IMG/VR virus record: IMGVR_UViG_3300037511_000277
Location: 1-36,258 of that record
Source of the DNA: a virus
Taxonomy: Duplodnaviria > Caudoviricetes
Strand: one strand, 5' to 3'
Length of the DNA: 36,258 bases
Of this stretch, positions 22,650-31,053 are shown in pieces. Each line of letters begins with the position of its first letter. The first letter of the stretch is position 1. The notes below the pieces were generated by a model. That model saw nothing but the letters and a program-made list of their open reading frames with translations, had not been told where the DNA came from and ran no database searches. The translations under genes and the position numbers were made by a program.

Positions 22650-23761
22650 GGCTGCGTCACGATGCGCTCGAACGTGTCGTCACAGCCGCTCGCCGTGGCC
22701 CGCAGGGTGATGACGTTGCCGTTCAGGTCGCCCGCACCGAAGTCCACGCGATACAGGCCGTTGCTGATCTCGGTGACGGCGCTCAGCGTGCCAGAGGCCT
22801 GCGAGCCATTGTCGATGCCGCGCGTCACCGTCACCGTCTTGCCTGTCGCCGGCGCGTGGTTCGTCGAATCTGTCATCAGGAACTGGAAGTTGCTGAGGGC
22901 CTGATTCTTCTTGACGTTCGAGGTGGTGGCGACCGCGGCGGTGACCGAGGCGACCGAGCCCACGACATTGCCGCCGACATTGCCCGTGACGCTACCCACG
23001 GCCCCCGTCACGCTGCCCACGCTCCCGACGACATTGCCGCCGACGTTCCCGGTCACCGAACCCACCGCGCCGGTGACGCTGCCGACAGCACCCGTGACGG
23101 AGCCGACCGCGCCTGTTACCGAGCCGACGGCGCCGGTGGTGCTGGCCACGGTCGCGTTCGTCGGGAACGTGATCGTTCCGCCGTTCACCACCGGGTTGGT
23201 CTTGATCGTGTCTACATCGACCTTCTGCGTGGTCTTGATGGTCGTGCCGCTGAGATCGACCGCCGTCGTAGGGCTCCCGACGTTTGCCCAGTCCACACCG
23301 CCCTCGCCGCCGGCGCTCACATCCAGCGTCCGACCGGCGACTGTCGGCTGGAGTGGCGCTTGGCCACTGGCATAGCTCACGACATTGACGCCAAGCTGCG
23401 CACTGCTGGTGCTGACCGTGGAGCCCGCGATCGACTGCAGGTCCACCTTGATGTCGCCGGACTCCTGCGGGTAGAACACCAGCACCGTCGTCTTCGCGTT
23501 CGTCGTCGAAGTCTTCACGATCACCGAGACGCCGTCGGCGTTCATCTCCGTCGAAGTCAGATCGAGGTAGTAGATCCCGCTTGATGTGGCGATCTCCGTT
23601 GCCTCGTTCGTGCAGTCGGTGAACGTGCCTTGGTCCTTCGACACCTCGGAGTCGAGGCCGGCCGCGCCCGTGACGAGCGCACCGGTGTTGTCGTAGATCG
23701 GGAAGATGGCCCGATAGGCGACGTTCTTGCGAGGGACCGGGAGGCAATCAGTCGAGGCCAT
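22646..23761 (-). CDS. Fibre-like virion protein with GAVGSVT repeats
   Basis: Two related beta-sandwich ends (TEI...G.Y...L....N) flanking a repetitive S/T/G/V shaft. Confidence 0.75.
   Translation of the reverse strand: MASTDCLPVPRKNVAYRAIFPIYDNTGALVTGAAGLDSEVSKDQGTFTDCTNEATEIATSSGIYYLDLTSTEMNADGVSVIVKTSTTNAKTTVLVFYPQESGDIKVDLQSIAGSTVSTSSAQLGVNVVSYASGQAPLQPTVAGRTLDVSAGGEGGVDWANVGSPTTAVDLSGTTIKTTQKVDVDTIKTNPVVNGGTITFPTNATVASTTGAVGSVTGAVGSVTGAVGSVTGAVGSVTGNVGGNVVGSVGSVTGAVGSVTGNVGGNVVGSVASVTAAVATTSNVKKNQALSNFQFLMTDSTNHAPATGKTVTVTRGIDNGSQASGTLSAVTEISNGLYRVDFGAGDLNGNVITLRATASGCDDTFERIVTQP
22931..23137 (-). repeat. Coding tandem repeat (GAVGSVT / GNVGGNVVGSV)
   Basis: 7-aa units, near-identical in protein but synonymously diverged in DNA. 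Confidence 0.85.
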
Positions 23762-23764
23762 CAG

Positions 23765-24055
23765 CTACCCCACGCGGTTGATGAGCGAGAGCGCGTTGCT
23801 GTTCTGCGCAGTACCAGAGACCGCCTGCATCGTACCGTTGCACAAGTCGTAGACCGTCTGACCCTTCGACGACGGCAGACCGAAGAGCGTCTCGATGGCA
23901 GTAAAGGTCGTGCCATCGTTGTTGTGATCCATGATGGTCTTCACCTCATCGAGGAGGTCGATCACATCGCGGAGTTGGCGCGTGAGCGAGACGAGCTTGC
24001 CCGCGAAGGGCGCCGTCGTGACGGTCGTATCGGGATGAATGAAGTCGATCGGCAT
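23765..24055 (-). CDS. Hypothetical protein
   Basis: 96 aa; TAATG overlap; SD GAGGAG. Confidence 0.75.
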   Translation of the reverse strand: MPIDFIHPDTTVTTAPFAGKLVSLTRQLRDVIDLLDEVKTIMDHNNDGTTFTAIETLFGLPSSKGQTVYDLCNGTMQAVSGTAQNSNALSLINRVG

Positions 24056-24801
24056 TACCAGACTCCTCCGCGGACTCCGCCGCGTAGTTGCATCGCCGTC
24101 ATGAAGGGCACCCCGCCGTGCCGTTTTTCGATCGGTTGGTCCGTTCCACCGCCGCCTGTGGCCGGCGCGATGGTGATGACTACATGCACAATTGCGAGCC
24201 CGAAGGGATTACTGCTGCGCGTGGTCTGAATGCTATAGGGTGACCCTGCGGTTACCGGTCCGCCGCTGTCGAAAATGCCCCATCCGCCATTGGTGGCGTC
24301 AAAGGTCCGTCGGGTTGCGCCGGTACCAGCCCCCGGTGCCGCACCGCTGTTGTAACAACCCTCTACGCAGACGACCCAACAGTTCGCGGCACTCGGCGTA
24401 ATTGAGGTCGTCAGCGAGGTCGCGCCGGGGCTGCTGAAATTCGTCGTCGAATTGTCCGGCAGTCCGCTCTGCAGCACCCCTGAGTACGACACCGCTCCGC
24501 CCTGGATCAGGTGCGAACTGGCCGCGCCGATCGACAATGTGTGAGAGCCTGTTGCCGGCCCGAGCAATCCATCGATGTACGTGATACGGTCTCCGCTGGC
24601 CGCGACTGTGATCTTCTGCAGGAACGACATCGCCACGGAGTTGTAGGTCCGTGAGTTGATATCGTCCGCGCCGCCGATGTTGTCGCCGTTGTAGCAGGCG
24701 AGGACCAAGTCCCCGGCGACATTGTTAAACGCAGCCGACAGGGGCGACGCTCCGCCCCCGTTGTTCCCCAGATCCACGGCGCTGTCGAAAGCGATGGCCA
24801 T
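24055..24801 (-). CDS. Beta-rich virion decoration/fibre-like protein
   Basis: MAIAFDSA..., G/S/T/A-rich, within structural module. Confidence 0.65.
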   Translation of the reverse strand: MAIAFDSAVDLGNNGGGASPLSAAFNNVAGDLVLACYNGDNIGGADDINSRTYNSVAMSFLQKITVAASGDRITYIDGLLGPATGSHTLSIGAASSHLIQGGAVSYSGVLQSGLPDNSTTNFSSPGATSLTTSITPSAANCWVVCVEGCYNSGAAPGAGTGATRRTFDATNGGWGIFDSGGPVTAGSPYSIQTTRSSNPFGLAIVHVVITIAPATGGGGTDQPIEKRHGGVPFMTAMQLRGGVRGGVW

Positions 24802-25100
24802 TACCGAATTTTCCGCACTTCCGTCTTCACGTCCTTGACCTCGCCGCGCAGCGAGGTGATGTCGTACTGAATCTGCGAGAGCTGCAGCGACACGACGGCG
24901 CGGTTCGTCTTCGACTCGGTGCCATCCGCGGCCATCTGCGCCATCGACGCTTCGAGGTGCGCGACGCGCTGCTCAATCTGCGCATGAAACGAATACTGGT
25001 CGCCGATCCACATGCCGAGGCTGACGAGAAACAAGCCCGTTGCGACGATGTTCGGCCCGGTGAACAACGACTTCCAGAATCCGCGCGTGTCGTCCGTCAT
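24801..25100 (-). CDS. TM plus coiled-coil protein
   Basis: IVATGLFLVSLGMWIG TM then heptads; SD GGAGG. Confidence 0.7.
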   Translation of the reverse strand: MTDDTRGFWKSLFTGPNIVATGLFLVSLGMWIGDQYSFHAQIEQRVAHLEASMAQMAADGTESKTNRAVVSLQLSQIQYDITSLRGEVKDVKTEVRKIR

Positions 25101-25132
25101 GGATCGGCCCTCCCGCACCTGCGGGGCAATAG

Positions 25133-26401
25133 TTACGGTTGCGGCGGCTCGTCGCCGCCCATCATCGCGAGCAGCGCCGCCCGGATGGCCTGCGGAGGCA
25201 CCTGCGCCTGTCCTGTGCGATACATCAAGTTCGCGCCACGCGAGGCAAGGGACGGCGCCCCGGTCACAGCACTGATGGCCGACAGCACCGGGTTGTGCGC
25301 CATGAACACGCGCGCCGGCACGACGTTCGTGTTCTGCGCCGTGCCGAGCCGCTGCGCCAGCGCCTTGCGTACGGCGATGGCCGGCGCCAATTGCTGATTC
25401 AGTTCGTCCACGGCCGGTTCTGCATTCGCGACGGCCTGCTTGGCGCCGACGCGCACTCTTTGCAGGATGTCCTTCGCGACCGGCGAGGCACCCTCTGTGC
25501 CGAACTTCACACGCTCCGCGGCATATTTCTTGATGCCTTGTGTTTGGCTGATCGGCATCGGCGCGTCAGCCCCAACGAGATCAACCAGCGCCTCCTGGAT
25601 CTTGTTTGCGTCTCCAGCCGCGACCGGCCCAAGAGCTTGACGCTCGCGGAGCAGATCCGCGACGGGCGCATACACTTCGCTCGGCTTGACCGTCGCATTG
25701 CTCGCGGCGATCGCATTCTTCACCTGCTGATTCAGGCCACGGACCTTGTCGGACTGCGCCGCCAGTCCGCCCTTCGAGATCACGGCGCCTTGTTTCACCG
25801 CTTCGAGTGGGATGTCCATCCCTTCGTTCTGGGCGCGCAGACGCGTCCCCGGCTTCAAGACGGCCGACATCACGCGCGGGGCCGCCGCTTCGAGTCCCTT
25901 GGCGATGAGCCCGCCCGCAAGCTGCGAGCCGCCCTGAATCGCCGCATCCTTCGCCACGTCTGTCGCCGCTTCGCCCAGCGAGGAGGGACCCTTGCCGAGG
26001 AAGTACTCCGCGGCGTTCTTCGCGATCGAGCCTCCGCCGCCTGCGACGCCCGTCACCGCGGCGGCGGCCGGCAGGCTCATGCCGGCTGTGGCGGGTGCCG
26101 CGGCCATCGCGGCGATCGCGGGCGCGTTCTTCGGATTGCCCGTGAACTGCGCCGCGGCTTCTCCAACAGGGCCACCGCCCCCAACGCCGGGGATGCCGAC
26201 GCTGCGCCCAACGACGCCGAGCGCAGTATCCAACAGGCCGGCCTTGTCCACCGGCGCCTCGTGACTCGCCATGAGCTTCGGCGCTGCGGCCTCGGTCGCC
26301 GGCAGATGGGCAAGGATCTCCTCCTCTGTCGGCGCGTGGTCGGCGACGACACGGAACTTGCGCCCGTCGTGCATCACGACTTCGTAGGTCTGGTCCGGCA
26401 T
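25133..26401 (-). CDS. Putative DNA-ejection (internal virion) protein
   Basis: 422 aa Ala/Gly-rich, last of five coupled genes after the nozzle; N-terminal Y.V...DG..F.V....PT domain. Confidence 0.65.
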   Translation of the reverse strand: MPDQTYEVVMHDGRKFRVVADHAPTEEEILAHLPATEAAAPKLMASHEAPVDKAGLLDTALGVVGRSVGIPGVGGGGPVGEAAAQFTGNPKNAPAIAAMAAAPATAGMSLPAAAAVTGVAGGGGSIAKNAAEYFLGKGPSSLGEAATDVAKDAAIQGGSQLAGGLIAKGLEAAAPRVMSAVLKPGTRLRAQNEGMDIPLEAVKQGAVISKGGLAAQSDKVRGLNQQVKNAIAASNATVKPSEVYAPVADLLRERQALGPVAAGDANKIQEALVDLVGADAPMPISQTQGIKKYAAERVKFGTEGASPVAKDILQRVRVGAKQAVANAEPAVDELNQQLAPAIAVRKALAQRLGTAQNTNVVPARVFMAHNPVLSAISAVTGAPSLASRGANLMYRTGQAQVPPQAIRAALLAMMGGDEPPQP

Positions 26402-27417
26402 CAGGGGTTCACCAGCGTGATGGACTTGATACCGGATGGCCGTGCCGCGGGTGCGGCGGGCGTCGCCGCTGTAGGAGCCGCGCCGCCCGCTTCGTCACCG
26501 TAGAACTCGCCATACGCCTTCCCGGAGGCGAACTTCATGCCGGCCAGCAGCGTCTCGCGCGCTTTCTGCTTCTGCGCGATCGTCTGCGGCGTGTCACCGG
26601 GCTGCGCGAAGTACGTCCGCGCGTCGTTGATGAACTCGCTTTCCGGGATGGCGGCGCCCGACTCCTTGCGGAGCCGCGCCTCGGTGAACGCCCGCTGCGC
26701 CTGCCGATACGCCTGCTGCTCCGAGGTCTGCAGCATGTTCGGCGCGTACTGCCCGCGCAATTGGCCCGCCGTGCTCTGCCTCGCGATCTGCATTTCGAGC
26801 GAGGGCTTCCCGGCCGGCGCCTCCGTCAGCGTCTTCACGGCATCCTGTGCGCGGTTGTAGAACGCGAGGGACTGGCGTTCAGCGGGCGTCGCCGGCTTCA
26901 GGCTCGGCTTCGCCAGCGTCGCGTCGATCTGCCGGCCCTTCAGCGCTTCCTCCGCGAGGTTGCTCCGTTTCGTCTCGCCGAACTCGGCCTGCTTCAGGCC
27001 CATGCCCTGCTGGAACTGCGCAATGTCGGTCTGCAGCTTCTGCTCGAAGTTGCTCTGCTCGCGGCCGGCCTCCTGCTGCTTGAAGCCCATGCCGGTATCG
27101 AACTGGCGCTGGTCCTCGCCCAGCCTGGCGCCAAACTGCCGCTTCTCTTCACCGAGCTTCGCGCCGAACTGCTCGCGCTGCTGGATGCGATCCTCGGTCG
27201 GATCCATGCCCTTGCGTCGCGCGAGGAAATCGGTCTGTGCCGCGGTCGCCAGCGCCGGCCCGGCCTTTTCGGTGCCGGTCGTATCCATCGCGGCCGCGTT
27301 CTGCTGCAGGGCGGCCAGCCGCTGTGCCATGAGGCGTGCCGATAGCAGGCTCGTGATGTCCCCGGTATCCCGCGCGATCGACTGCGCCCCTGCGGCGCTT
27401 GCCCATCCGGTGCCCAT
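26401..27417 (-). CDS. Putative DNA-ejection protein
   Basis: RQF heptad-like repeats, LRKESGAAI..SE......YF.QPGD motif. Confidence 0.7.
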   Translation of the reverse strand: MGTGWASAAGAQSIARDTGDITSLLSARLMAQRLAALQQNAAAMDTTGTEKAGPALATAAQTDFLARRKGMDPTEDRIQQREQFGAKLGEEKRQFGARLGEDQRQFDTGMGFKQQEAGREQSNFEQKLQTDIAQFQQGMGLKQAEFGETKRSNLAEEALKGRQIDATLAKPSLKPATPAERQSLAFYNRAQDAVKTLTEAPAGKPSLEMQIARQSTAGQLRGQYAPNMLQTSEQQAYRQAQRAFTEARLRKESGAAIPESEFINDARTYFAQPGDTPQTIAQKQKARETLLAGMKFASGKAYGEFYGDEAGGAAPTAATPAAPAARPSGIKSITLVNP

Positions 27418-27423
27418 GTGGCG

Positions 27424-28080
27424 TCACTCCACCAGCGACGGCGTGGTCACGCCCCCGCGGGTCTCCGTATAGGGGTTCTGCTTCTGCTGCGCCGCGGCGA
27501 GGCCCACGCCGGCCAGTCCGCCATACATCCCGATGTTGGCGAGGATGGAATCGAGCGTGGACGCCTGCGGCAGTGGCGTCGGCCCAGGCGCCTTCATGCT
27601 CGTGATGCTGGACACGTCCAGCGGCTTCATATCGCTGTAGGGCGTGACCTGCGGCGCCATCTGGCTGAGGAGCGCATCGCGCGTCATCTGCTGGCCGAGC
27701 GCCCGCGTGTCGCCGGAGAACATCGACGGCCGCAGCCCGCCCGAGATGGTGGGCACGGTGACGCCCTTCGGCAACCCGCTGATCGTCGCGTCCTGCGCGT
27801 TGGCGAGGATCGAGCCCCGCACGCTGTTCTGCGCCCGCGTGCGCGGCGCGGAGAGCGCCAGCTCCTGCTCGTTGAGGATGCCGCCCGCCCGCGCGTTCTG
27901 CGAGTTCTGCGCGGCCGCCAGCGCCTGCAGGTTGGTGCTCTTGTCGGTCGCGTAGCCGGCCTGCGCCACAGTGTCGTTCGCGTGCTGGGCCTGTGCTTCA
28001 GCCGCTTTGGCCTTGGCCCGCTCAGCAGCGGCGTTGGCGGCCACCGTCGCGGCGGCGGAGATGATCGCGCCCCAATCCAT
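27424..28080 (-). CDS. Putative DNA-ejection protein
   Basis: MDWGAIISAAA..., A/Q-rich, pilot-like. Confidence 0.6.
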   Translation of the reverse strand: MDWGAIISAAATVAANAAAERAKAKAAEAQAQHANDTVAQAGYATDKSTNLQALAAAQNSQNARAGGILNEQELALSAPRTRAQNSVRGSILANAQDATISGLPKGVTVPTISGGLRPSMFSGDTRALGQQMTRDALLSQMAPQVTPYSDMKPLDVSSITSMKAPGPTPLPQASTLDSILANIGMYGGLAGVGLAAAQQKQNPYTETRGGVTTPSLVE

Positions 28081-29261
28081 TACCCACCTCCGTACGTGAC
28101 GGCGTTCTGGTTCAGCAGCGCCATGAGGTTCGCGTAGTTGAAACCGAGCGAATTGTTCGCCTGGTTGTTACTCAGGAGAGTCTGTAACAATCCCAGGTTC
28201 AATTGTCCCATGCCGAGCTGGGTCCGCAAGGCGATGTCGAGCTGGCCCAGGTCGCCCTGCGTGTTGATGCCGAGCTTCCGCACTTCGGCGTCAAGCTGCG
28301 CCAGGCGCTCCTGCGTCGAGTAGCCCTCGCGCTGCAGCTTCGCGTTGAGGTCGGCCAGATACAGCTTCGTGCTGGTGTCGAGGTTCGCGAGGCCCACCTG
28401 AATCTGCTGGCCGGCCTGCGTCACGTCCTGGCCGCGCATCGTCACCTGCGCCTGCAGGTTCGCGAGCTGTCGCTGCAGGTCATTCGCCTGCTGCGTCATG
28501 CCGAGCGACGAGGCGACCTGAATCGCGTTCTGCAGCTGCTGGATCCGCTGCTGCTGCTTCTGGCCGATGAGGCTCGCGTCGTTCGCGCCCTTGGTCTGCG
28601 CCGCCTGCATTCCCAGCGCGCCGAGCCGGTTCACCGTGGCGCCGCTGTTCGACGTGCCTTCGGCGTTGGCTTCCTCGAGTGCCTGCGCGCGCTGCGCCGC
28701 CGCTTCGCGATCGACCTGCGCATTGAAGGCGCGCGACTGCGGCGCGAGGTCGGCATCCTGCGTGCTGACGTTGTTCGTGTCGGTGCCCAGGATCTCCAGC
28801 AGCCGCTGCCGGACCTGCGCGTCCATCGCCCCCTGGCTGCCCGGTGGCGCCGTCGTAGACACGGGCCCGGTCGGTGTCGCCGTGGTCGGATTCGCCGCGT
28901 CGCCCATGTTGAAGTGGTAGACGCCGTCCGGGGTCGTCGTGCCCTGCAGGCTCTGCGACGCCGGCGTGCTGCCGCCGGTCGTCGGCCCCAGCGGAATCGA
29001 CGGCGAGTAGGGGAGCGGCGCCGAGGAGCCCGAGGCGGGCTTCACCGTCTGGAGCGAGGGATCGACCGCGCCGCTGTACTGGTTCGTCGTCGCGGTGCCG
29101 GGTGACGGGAGCTGCGCCTTGCCGGCGGTATCCGTCTGGTCGTCGCGCGGGTGATAGCGGTTGTAGTAATCGACGGCGTCCTGCGGGGACCAGCCGAGGG
29201 CCTTATCGACCTCGATCTTCCCGGCGTTGTAGTCGTCGAGCGTCCAGGGAGTCGCGGCCAT
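28080..29261 (-). CDS. Putative DNA-ejection protein
   Basis: Q/A-rich helical C-terminal half with MRGQD motif. Confidence 0.65.
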   Translation of the reverse strand: MAATPWTLDDYNAGKIEVDKALGWSPQDAVDYYNRYHPRDDQTDTAGKAQLPSPGTATTNQYSGAVDPSLQTVKPASGSSAPLPYSPSIPLGPTTGGSTPASQSLQGTTTPDGVYHFNMGDAANPTTATPTGPVSTTAPPGSQGAMDAQVRQRLLEILGTDTNNVSTQDADLAPQSRAFNAQVDREAAAQRAQALEEANAEGTSNSGATVNRLGALGMQAAQTKGANDASLIGQKQQQRIQQLQNAIQVASSLGMTQQANDLQRQLANLQAQVTMRGQDVTQAGQQIQVGLANLDTSTKLYLADLNAKLQREGYSTQERLAQLDAEVRKLGINTQGDLGQLDIALRTQLGMGQLNLGLLQTLLSNNQANNSLGFNYANLMALLNQNAVTYGGG

Positions 29262-30517
29262 TACGCCAGCCCCATCTGATTGAGGAGGGCCGCGCGCGGG
29301 GCCTCGCCGGCCTGCACGCGGCGCAGCTCCTCCATGATTTGCTGCAGCACGTCGTTGTTCGTCAGGGGTGCCGCGAGCTGGGCCGCGCCGGGAGACGCCA
29401 GGGGCGAAGAGCCTGACGCTGCGGGGGCCGCACTCGCGGCACTTTGGTTGGCGCCGTCGACGGGCTCCCAGTGGTAGCCGCCGCCGCCTTCGACATCACG
29501 CTGTAGATCCACGCGCCCGATATCGCCGCCGAAGTCCACCACGTCCTGACTGAGTCGGCTCGCGCCGGGATACATCTGCTGAATCTGAGGCCACGCCGCG
29601 TCGAGGCTGCCGGCGCTGGCGATCGCGTGTAGCACGTCGTACTTCGGGTCATGCTTGTTCGGATCGCCCCACTTGCCCGCGTCGACGCCCTCGATATTGG
29701 CTGGCACGCCGCCCCCGCCGCCTGCGCTGCCGCCAGGGCCGCTGACGCTGGTGTTCATCCCGCCGGCAAAACCCGTATTCGGATTCGAGGCCAGCGCACC
29801 GCCCGGCGTCGCGCCCGCGCTCGCGGTGCTGGCGGCTGTTCCGCCACCCGCGGCCCGCTCTGCCGCGGCGTTCTCGCCGAGGTGACCGAGCACGCCCATC
29901 AACCCCTGCTGGCCGACCCACTCGCCGCCGGCCTTCAAGCCTTGTCCCGCGAGGGCGTCGTTCACTTCCTGATCCGTGGCCTCGCGCCCGAACATGTCGC
30001 GGTAGGAGGCTCTGATGATCTCGCGCGCGTCGTTCACGCTGAAGTCGGTCGGCGCCGTTTCCGCATGCTTTCGCGCCGCCCCGACGATCGCGCCGATGGC
30101 CGCCCCGACACCGGCGCCGATCGGTCCCGCGGTGCTGCCGATGCTGGCGCCCGTGAGGGCGCCGGAGCCCGCGCCGCCGGTCCCGCCCCCGCGGCGGTTG
30201 TACGGCTCGCTGTAGAGGTCGAGAATCTTGCTCCCGTACTGCAGACCGTTGTCGGTGCTGGTATAGGGATTCGCGGTCGGGCTCGTCGCCGCGGCCGAGG
30301 GCGGATCCGGCAGGTCTGGCGTGTCCGAGCCGCTGGCGGTCGTCGCGCGCGTGGTGCCCGTCGGGATCGTCGGCGCGGGACGGGACGAGGGCAGCGTCTG
30401 CGACGCCGTGGGCGCCGCGCCCTGCGCCGGCGTGCCCATCAGGTCGAGCAGGGCCTTCCGCCTGGCCGCATCCGGGTCGTAGCTGTCGTCCCCGTAGGGA
30501 TTGTCGTAGATGGCCAT
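29261..30517 (-). CDS. Putative DNA-ejection/pilot protein
   Basis: GA.IG...GPIGAGVGAAIGAIVG glycine-zipper segment; low complexity. Confidence 0.65.
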   Translation of the reverse strand: MAIYDNPYGDDSYDPDAARRKALLDLMGTPAQGAAPTASQTLPSSRPAPTIPTGTTRATTASGSDTPDLPDPPSAAATSPTANPYTSTDNGLQYGSKILDLYSEPYNRRGGGTGGAGSGALTGASIGSTAGPIGAGVGAAIGAIVGAARKHAETAPTDFSVNDAREIIRASYRDMFGREATDQEVNDALAGQGLKAGGEWVGQQGLMGVLGHLGENAAAERAAGGGTAASTASAGATPGGALASNPNTGFAGGMNTSVSGPGGSAGGGGGVPANIEGVDAGKWGDPNKHDPKYDVLHAIASAGSLDAAWPQIQQMYPGASRLSQDVVDFGGDIGRVDLQRDVEGGGGYHWEPVDGANQSAASAAPAASGSSPLASPGAAQLAAPLTNNDVLQQIMEELRRVQAGEAPRAALLNQMGLA

Positions 30518-30519
30518 GG

Positions 30520-31053
30520 TTAGAGGGTCTGCACCCAGGCATCAGAGGACCCGTTCCCGAACATGGGCAGAAAAATGAGCTTCAGCGGGCGCCCCGTCGT
30601 AAGGGGTTCCGACGACAAAATCATCTCCGTACCGATCGGGGTCGTACCCGCACCGAAGACCGAATTCGCGCCGCTGTGGAAATTGGGCACCGCCCCGCCG
30701 ACCAAGTCCCGCCAGAGAAACAGCACATCGCCGTATTTCTGACCGACTTGTCGCACGCCGTAAACATCGAACGTGCCAATGATTGGCGTCTTGAACACCG
30801 CGAAACTCACGCCAGCCGGCACCTCCAGGGGGGCGGCCGTCGCGCTCCCCGATACATCTAGGGTGACGAAGCCACGCAGCTTCAATTGCTGGCATGTGCA
30901 CGTGCCGGTCGCGTTGATGTCGGCGTGGTGGCCGTCACTATCGTGTTCGGTGCCCCAGCCGGTCTGAATCGAGGCGACGAGCTGATCGAGTTCAGCCTGC
31001 AGCGGCCCGGACAGGAGCCCGATCTGGTCCCTAAACTGTTGGGCGATATTCAT
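30520..31053 (-). CDS. Hypothetical tail-associated protein
   Basis: MNIAQQF... via ATGA overlap with nozzle gene; EH..DG.H motif. Confidence 0.65.
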   Translation of the reverse strand: MNIAQQFRDQIGLLSGPLQAELDQLVASIQTGWGTEHDSDGHHADINATGTCTCQQLKLRGFVTLDVSGSATAAPLEVPAGVSFAVFKTPIIGTFDVYGVRQVGQKYGDVLFLWRDLVGGAVPNFHSGANSVFGAGTTPIGTEMILSSEPLTTGRPLKLIFLPMFGNGSSDAWVQTL

